From positions 1 to 39,706 of IMG/VR virus record IMGVR_UViG_3300033109_000107: a DNA stretch of 39,706 nt, one strand, 5' to 3'. This document shows, one piece after another, positions 33,925 to 39,706 of the stretch; positions within the stretch are counted from its first letter, which is position 1, and every line of letters begins with the position of its first letter. Both the position numbers and the translations under genes were made by a program. Source of the stretch: a virus. Lineage: Duplodnaviria > Caudoviricetes. Under the pieces are notes generated by a model, which was not told the origin of the DNA, did no database searches, and was given only the letters and a program-made list of their open reading frames with translations.

Positions 33925-35572
33925 TCCGCGCATGGTGAAGTGGGAAGAATCTCCCGCTATCGACCCGCGCATGGTCAAGTGGGATTCTGAGCAAGAGCCT
34001 AAAGTCGAGCCTGCCAAGCAAAACATGGGTGCGCTAGGCAATATCGGAATGGGGGCGCTGAAGGGCGCTTCAGATATTGGTGCGACACTTCTTACCCCTG
34101 TTGATTGGGCCTTGAATAAGACTGGTCTTAGCAACATGACCAATGACCAGCGCCGGCAATCGCTTGCATCATTCTTTTCTGAGAATGCTGACCCTGAATC
34201 AATGGCGTTCAAGGGTGGTGAGTTGGCTACTGATGTGGCTGGAACTGCTGGCGCGGGTGGATTGATTGTCAAGGGAGCTAAGGCTGTTCCTGTTGTCGCT
34301 AATGCTGCGCCTAAATTGCTTAGTGCTGTCGAGTCTGGTGGATTCAAACTTGGCGCTCCTGCTGCCAAGACAATCGGAGGAAAACTCGCCGATGCCGCAA
34401 CACGGGCGACTGGCGGTGCTGTCACAGGCGGGCTATCTGCTGGCATGATCGATCCAGAAACCGCTGGCACTGGTGCTGCGATTGGGTCTGTCATTCCGAT
34501 GGGGGCCAAGGCTGCCGGGTTCGTTGGCAGTGGGGCCAAGAAACTCGCCGGCACAGTCATTCAGAAGACGCTCGGACTAGCGACCGGGGCAGGTGACGAA
34601 GCCATCAAGACGGCGTTTTCTGCTGGCAAGGCAGGGAATCAATCTTTCCTGGACAACATGCGCGGCAAGGTCAATATGACCGACATCTTGGATGATGCCA
34701 AGTCAGCTTTGACTCAACTCAGGATCGAACGCAGCAATCAATACGCAGCTAATAAAGCTCAGTTCGTCAAAGACCAATCGGTGATTGACTTCACGCCGAT
34801 TAACGACGCCCTGAATAAACTCAAGTCTATGGGTTCGTTCAAAGGACAGCAGATCAACAAGAATGCCGCTGGCGTTGTGGATGACCTGTCAAATGCTGTG
34901 GATGATTGGGCCAAACTCGACCCCAAGGAATTTCATACTCCTGAAGGCTTGGATGCCCTTAAGCAGAAGATCGGTGACATTCGGGACGTAACCCAATTCG
35001 GAACTCCGGCCCGTCGCGCTGCTGATGAGATGTACAACGCGGTAAAGAAGCAGATCACCGACCAAGCCCCCGAGTATTCCAAGATGATGAAGGACTACTC
35101 AGAGGCTTCGGAACTCATTACCGAGATTCAGAAAGCGTTTTCCCTTGGAGAGAAAACATCCAAGGACACCGCCATGCGCAAGTTGCAATCACTGATGCGC
35201 AACAACGTCAATACAAACTACGGAAATAGGCTTGACCTGGCAAAAGAGTTGGAGACCAAGGGCGGGAAAGACTTACTCCCCGCTATCGCTGGTCAGGCAT
35301 TGAACTCTGCTACTCCGAGGGGATTGCAGGGTGTTGCAGCGACTGGGACTGGTTTGTATGGCATGACCAATCCCGCTTTCCTTGCTGCCCTGCCATTTCA
35401 GTCTCCGCGCCTCATGGGCGAGGCTTCCTATGCATTAGGCCGCATGGGGGGGGCCGCAGATAGCGCGATGGGCCTGCTTGGCAACAAGGCGCAATGGATG
35501 GGGCTGTTGGGCAATCGCTCGGTGCTCATGCCGATGATGACCATTGCCCCGTCTGTTTATCTCAGCCAGTAA
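33914..35572 (+). CDS. Putative large DNA ejection protein
   Basis: Ala/Gly-rich N-terminal half, helical C-terminal half, SPRLMGE motif. Confidence 0.65.
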   Translation: MPINPRMVKWEESPAIDPRMVKWDSEQEPKVEPAKQNMGALGNIGMGALKGASDIGATLLTPVDWALNKTGLSNMTNDQRRQSLASFFSENADPESMAFKGGELATDVAGTAGAGGLIVKGAKAVPVVANAAPKLLSAVESGGFKLGAPAAKTIGGKLADAATRATGGAVTGGLSAGMIDPETAGTGAAIGSVIPMGAKAAGFVGSGAKKLAGTVIQKTLGLATGAGDEAIKTAFSAGKAGNQSFLDNMRGKVNMTDILDDAKSALTQLRIERSNQYAANKAQFVKDQSVIDFTPINDALNKLKSMGSFKGQQINKNAAGVVDDLSNAVDDWAKLDPKEFHTPEGLDALKQKIGDIRDVTQFGTPARRAADEMYNAVKKQITDQAPEYSKMMKDYSEASELITEIQKAFSLGEKTSKDTAMRKLQSLMRNNVNTNYGNRLDLAKELETKGGKDLLPAIAGQALNSATPRGLQGVAATGTGLYGMTNPAFLAALPFQSPRLMGEASYALGRMGGAADSAMGLLGNKAQWMGLLGNRSVLMPMMTIAPSVYLSQ

Positions 35573-35651
35573 TGAACTTGTAGATAAACGCCAAGGCCAT
35601 GACTACGAAGAGTTTGATTAACAGGTAGTCAGTAAATAGCGATGTTTCCAT
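35562..35651 (-). CDS. Small antisense membrane peptide (29 aa)
   Basis: METSLFTDYLLIKLFVVMALAFIYKFITG. Confidence 0.4.
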   Translation of the reverse strand: METSLFTDYLLIKLFVVMALAFIYKFITG

Positions 35652-35680
35652 AAGCCGCCATTGTGCGGCTTTTTTCTTTT
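35652..35680 (+). terminator. Rho-independent terminator
   Basis: AAGCCGC-cattgt-GCGGCTT followed by TTTTCTTT. Confidence 0.7.
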
Positions 35681-35690
35681 GGAGTCCAGT

Positions 35691-37463
35691 ATGCCCGTAC
35701 CGACCCTAATCTCTGACCTTTCTACTACAGCCGCCAGCAATTCACCGACTGGTGGTGAATCGGTAGGCAACAACGCAGACAACTACCTCCGTGCGCATGC
35801 CGCATTCATCGCGCAACTGGAAGCCAATAAGCTTGACTCTGCCGACGCTGCGACCACGTACCAACCGCTAGACGCGTTACTGACCTCTCTTGCGGGGCAA
35901 ACGACTGCGGCGAACAAGGTTCAAGCGTATTCCGCTGCGGACACTGCAAGCCTGTTGGACTTCAAAGACGAAGACGACATGGTATCCAACTCTGCGACCG
36001 CCGTTCCAAGTCAGCAGAGTGTAAAGGCGTATGTCGATGGTTCCGCTGGCGGAATAAGGGTTCCAGTCAGACAGGCCGTCCTTTCAGGCCCAGTCGATGC
36101 CAATGGCTATGCTGCCTTCTTGACGACCGGCTCAGGCTTGCGTCCGGGCCTTGACGCTTCCCCGACTCCGGTTGCCATCGCCTTCGCCAATGGTTTCGGA
36201 GCGCAGGGCGCGGTGGACTACGTATCCGTCCTTTCCGCTGACGTGACCGACCCACTTGGGGCCGACCTTCCGGCGAACAATCTCTCACATCTCTACACGA
36301 CCTATTCGTCGCCAACCGCCGTTACGTGGGGTTCTACGTTGAATCCTCCGCAGTACGGGTATTCCTACGACCGCACGCGACAGTCGCTGCTGCGCTTTGC
36401 CGGCACAGATGGTTCGACCACGATCCTCGACGACTATGGCAACACTTGGACGGCATCCGGGAATGCTCAGATTGACACGGCGGTGCAGATCGACGGGCTA
36501 AATACTCTGCTGCTGGATGGTACCGGGGATTACATCTCCTCGACCAACTTCACATCATTTGGCTCTGATGGCTGGACGATTGAGTTCAAAGTTCGGTTCA
36601 ACAGCCTTGCTGCGGTGGCTGATCTGCTCTCCGCAGGAAACGCCGGCAATTATGGCGTAGGCATCAGAAAGGGAGCCGGCACGGGCACTACCCTCGCCCT
36701 CTATCTGAGTAGCACTGGAACGTCATGGGATTTAGCCAGTGGCACCTTGGGCGCTAAGGCGTCGTGGGCAACGGGGACCACGTACCACATTGCGCTATGT
36801 TTCGACGCGGTCAACAGCAAATATGTCCTGTATGTTGACGGCGTAGCTGATATCACTGTTTCGACAGGCGCCAGAATCTGCGCTGTCACTCAGTGGCTGT
36901 ACGGATACCTGCCGGGGTTCAACTACACCAACGGTGCATTTGCTGGATGCCGCTACTCCCCCTTCTGCCGCTACCCGAACGGCGCCACTTTCACTCCGGC
37001 AGCAATCAGCACTTACGCAGTAGAAGGACACTTCTTCTCTATCCCTGAGATGAAGATGTACGAGGTCACCAGCGCCTCTGCTTCTGTTGGTACAAACCCC
37101 GGCATGACGCAACGAAATCGTGTCTTCGCAGGACAGGCAACCACGGGCGCGGCCAGTGTTAGTAGTATTGCAGAACAGAACTACAGAGACCAGCGTCGCT
37201 GGAAATCCTTCACTATAGGTGCTGGGGGAGAGCGGTACCTCGCCAACATCTATAGAAACAACACGCCATTTATGCGCACTGTTAGTTTGCAGGTCACAGT
37301 CGGAGGTACACCTGGCGAGTTCTATATCGACAACACTCTTATGTGTCAGTACAGCAATGCTGCTGGACTCTCGAATACGCAGATAATTTTTGACATTCCG
37401 CCTGGGTCGTCATACAAGATTACCAATACCGTTCCGGCTCGGTGGTTTGAATTAACAAACTGA
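35691..37463 (+). CDS. Tail fibre / receptor-binding protein with LamG/concanavalin A-like domain
   Basis: ISDLSTTAASNSP N-terminal anchor; SLLRFAGTDGST...LDGTGDY...WTIEF...YHIALC...LYVDG. Confidence 0.82.
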   Translation: MPVPTLISDLSTTAASNSPTGGESVGNNADNYLRAHAAFIAQLEANKLDSADAATTYQPLDALLTSLAGQTTAANKVQAYSAADTASLLDFKDEDDMVSNSATAVPSQQSVKAYVDGSAGGIRVPVRQAVLSGPVDANGYAAFLTTGSGLRPGLDASPTPVAIAFANGFGAQGAVDYVSVLSADVTDPLGADLPANNLSHLYTTYSSPTAVTWGSTLNPPQYGYSYDRTRQSLLRFAGTDGSTTILDDYGNTWTASGNAQIDTAVQIDGLNTLLLDGTGDYISSTNFTSFGSDGWTIEFKVRFNSLAAVADLLSAGNAGNYGVGIRKGAGTGTTLALYLSSTGTSWDLASGTLGAKASWATGTTYHIALCFDAVNSKYVLYVDGVADITVSTGARICAVTQWLYGYLPGFNYTNGAFAGCRYSPFCRYPNGATFTPAAISTYAVEGHFFSIPEMKMYEVTSASASVGTNPGMTQRNRVFAGQATTGAASVSSIAEQNYRDQRRWKSFTIGAGGERYLANIYRNNTPFMRTVSLQVTVGGTPGEFYIDNTLMCQYSNAAGLSNTQIIFDIPPGSSYKITNTVPARWFELTN

Positions 37464-37539
37464 TAGGAGTCACCATGCCCACGTATACTTTTACCGCAGC
37501 CCCTGCCCAGTACAAACTCATTGCGAAGCGGAGGTTCTG

Positions 37540-37989
37540 ATGGACCAGCTCCTTGCCTTCATCCAGCTCGCTTCCTCCCTCCTGCGCGGAGTGACGTTCA
37601 TCGACGCGGCGCAATTGGTGTTCGTGGTTTTCGCATGGTGGCTCATCATCGGAGCAGGGATCATTGGCCCGCTGTTCGTGGGCTATGTGTTCGTGACGCA
37701 TCTGGACAAGGTGAAGAAGGCCAACGGCAATAAGCTGCCGCCGTTCGTCTGGATAATCTCGTTAGCCCCAGCCATCGTAACCGTCATCCTTGATGTCGTG
37801 TTCCACCTTGGATGGGGGTGGGCCTTGTTCATGGACTTCATCCCGCATGAGTGGACCCTTAGCCAACGAATGACACGGCTATGGGATACCGATACCGGCA
37901 CTAGGCGCGAAATTGTCGGGTGGATCAAGCGGAACACGCTGATCGACTCGTTTGACTTCCGTGGCATGCATATCGGGAACAAGCCATGA
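37540..37989 (+). CDS. Membrane protein
   Basis: Two to three hydrophobic segments; EWTLSQR motif. Confidence 0.65.
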   Translation: MDQLLAFIQLASSLLRGVTFIDAAQLVFVVFAWWLIIGAGIIGPLFVGYVFVTHLDKVKKANGNKLPPFVWIISLAPAIVTVILDVVFHLGWGWALFMDFIPHEWTLSQRMTRLWDTDTGTRREIVGWIKRNTLIDSFDFRGMHIGNKP

Positions 37990-38264
37990 ACATCGAGCAA
38001 GCAGAAACACTATCTAAGGGCCTTGAGAAAGCCACTTACGCTTCTGCCAGTGCAGGTTTGATCTTTGGCATGTCTGCCGAAGTATTCGCGGCCATTGCCT
38101 CGATTGTCGTTGCAGTGATCTTCGGGGTGATCTCTCAAGTGATTAACTGGTACTGGAAACATCAGAACTTCAAACTTGAGAAACTGAGATTCGAGTACGA
38201 AACCGGCCAGAAACTCGAAAGGCGCTCTGACTCTGTTCCAGTGAATTCTGACAGGCGATCATGA
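37986..38264 (+). CDS. Holin
   Basis: 92 aa with a transmembrane segment, INWYWK and a charged tail; directly before the endolysin. Confidence 0.75.
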   Translation: MNIEQAETLSKGLEKATYASASAGLIFGMSAEVFAAIASIVVAVIFGVISQVINWYWKHQNFKLEKLRFEYETGQKLERRSDSVPVNSDRRS

Positions 38265-38797
38265 TTAGCCGAACTACGGTATCCGCCCTTGTTATCTCTG
38301 CTTCTGCTCTGGTTAGCATCGCTCTCCACGAAAGCTACCGTTCTGATGCTTACATCCCTGTTCCTGGTGATGTACCAACTATCGGATTTGGCACGACACA
38401 TGGAGTAAAGCCGGGAGACAGGACGACCCCGGAACGCGCTTTAGTCTTGCTGCTCTCTGATGCAGACAAGTACGCTAAGGCGGTGAAGAAGTGCGCCCCT
38501 GTGCCGATGTACCAGCACGAGTTCGATGCCATGACCTCGCTAACGTACAACATCGGTCCTGGTGCGTTCTGCAATTCCACCATCGCCAAACGATTGCGTG
38601 CGGGTGATTACAAGGGCGCATGTGAAGGCATCTTGGCTTGGGACAAGTTCAAGGGGAAACCGTTGCGGGGTCTGACCAAGCGCAGGCAGGCCGAATACAT
38701 GATGTGCATCAAGAATCCCGAAGCCGCACCGTCAATTGATACGGGGCGCGTAGCCGCCAGCGGCTCGGGGCTGTCTACTAATTTGCAAAGAGATTAG
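38261..38797 (+). CDS. Endolysin, GH24 lysozyme with N-terminal SAR-like segment
   Basis: HESY...PGDVPTIGFGTT (E-D-T triad), YNIG, GLTKRRQAE. Confidence 0.93.
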   Translation: MISRTTVSALVISASALVSIALHESYRSDAYIPVPGDVPTIGFGTTHGVKPGDRTTPERALVLLLSDADKYAKAVKKCAPVPMYQHEFDAMTSLTYNIGPGAFCNSTIAKRLRAGDYKGACEGILAWDKFKGKPLRGLTKRRQAEYMMCIKNPEAAPSIDTGRVAASGSGLSTNLQRD

Positions 38798-38878
38798 TAG
38801 GAATTAGTACGCGCATAGGATATGTCGCTTCCATGTACATATCCGCCTAACGTGTCGCAAAAATGAGGAAACTGTAAC

Positions 38879-39706
38879 ATGGGATTGCTAGACGACACCT
38901 ATGCTAAAGCCAAAGCACTTGCTGGCCTATTGGCTGACTCCTATCAGACAGGAGCTCAGGCGTACTTCCCTAACGAGCAAGACGTAAAGGCTCGCCCTGA
39001 TCTTGCCAAGGGGCTACTGCAATTTGTGCCAGGCCCTGGAGATGCCATCAGCGGATATGACGCTGTGCAAAGCGCGCGACAGGGAAACTATGGTGAAGCT
39101 GCGCTGAATGGGATTGGGATGCTGCCTTTTTTGCCAGCAATGGGCGGTATGATTAAAGAAACCGGGAATTTCAGTAAGAAACTACATGTGCCGGAGCAAT
39201 TATCAGGAAAGATTGTAACCCCGGTTATGGGTTCCCTTCCTGAAAGCCAGCTATACGACAAAGCCGGAATGTTTTCCGTAGGGACGGCGGGAAATGGCGA
39301 CTTGCGAAAACTGATGAATGGTGACTATCTTGCGATACTAACTCCGCAATGGCTGGGGAAGTCTAAGCCGTATTACGCTATTGGGGATACTCCTGAAGAG
39401 CTTGTTGCAAATGTTCGCAAAGTTGCCGACAACAGTAATCGCGCAATAACAGCGGCGCGGACGGCGAAAATACCAAAAGAAGTCCGAGGAGAGCTAGAAA
39501 AAAAGTTTGGGAAAAACTTCTCCTATGACATCAGTAACGCATCGAACTCTAATTCGTACTACATCACACATAAGCCAAGTGGGACAAAAATTCGCGTATC
39601 AGATCACGACCTCCCAGGGTATTACGAGAATTCGGCGAGCATTGATATACGTCCGGAGGATATTGAAACTCTGCCGGCGCTGCTGTCGGAATTTTTACGT
39701 AAATAA
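38879..39706 (+). CDS. Hypothetical protein with MGLLD N-terminus and pre-toxin-like segment
   Basis: 275 aa; FVPGPGDAISGYDA...AALNGIGMLPFLP; GAGG RBS. Confidence 0.7.
   Translation: MGLLDDTYAKAKALAGLLADSYQTGAQAYFPNEQDVKARPDLAKGLLQFVPGPGDAISGYDAVQSARQGNYGEAALNGIGMLPFLPAMGGMIKETGNFSKKLHVPEQLSGKIVTPVMGSLPESQLYDKAGMFSVGTAGNGDLRKLMNGDYLAILTPQWLGKSKPYYAIGDTPEELVANVRKVADNSNRAITAARTAKIPKEVRGELEKKFGKNFSYDISNASNSNSYYITHKPSGTKIRVSDHDLPGYYENSASIDIRPEDIETLPALLSEFLRK

Noticed and set aside
38845-38860. GCCTAAC followed by GTGTCGCA, partly resembling an inverse core and the attI-like motif
   Set aside because: The match is only about 9 bp, with no partner GTT core or hairpin; it may be chance.

Overview
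The window is an apparently near-complete ~39.7 kb temperate, lambdoid-organised phage or prophage with a P22-like (podovirus-type) virion module. The host is probably a betaproteobacterium (inferred from the ssb and integrase style). Gene order: HNH, tyrosine integrase, leftward early operon (accessory genes, xis, ssb, Rad52/Sak-like annealase), cI/cro/cII switch, HNH, replication, nin region, Q-like gene, late promoter with tRNA-Gly and tRNA-Asp, terminase, portal, scaffold, capsid, adaptor/tail, ejection proteins, tail fibre, holin, endolysin. The standout signal is that the accessory genes of both early operons are packaged as integron-type gene cassettes. There are 10 attC-like sites in the left arm (2184-6447) and 2 in the nin region (13585-14307). 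Each array is headed by the same ~40 bp attI-like site (1691-1730 on +, 14601-14640 on -). In 11 of 12 cassettes the GTT core at one end is the exact reverse complement of the AAC inverse core at the other end. All cassette genes lie antisense to the canonical integron orientation, and no IntI is encoded. A 158 bp exact copy shared by the two arrays ends precisely at the GTT crossover core, suggesting recent site-specific cassette movement. Protein family calls are by motif recognition only; no database searches were run.
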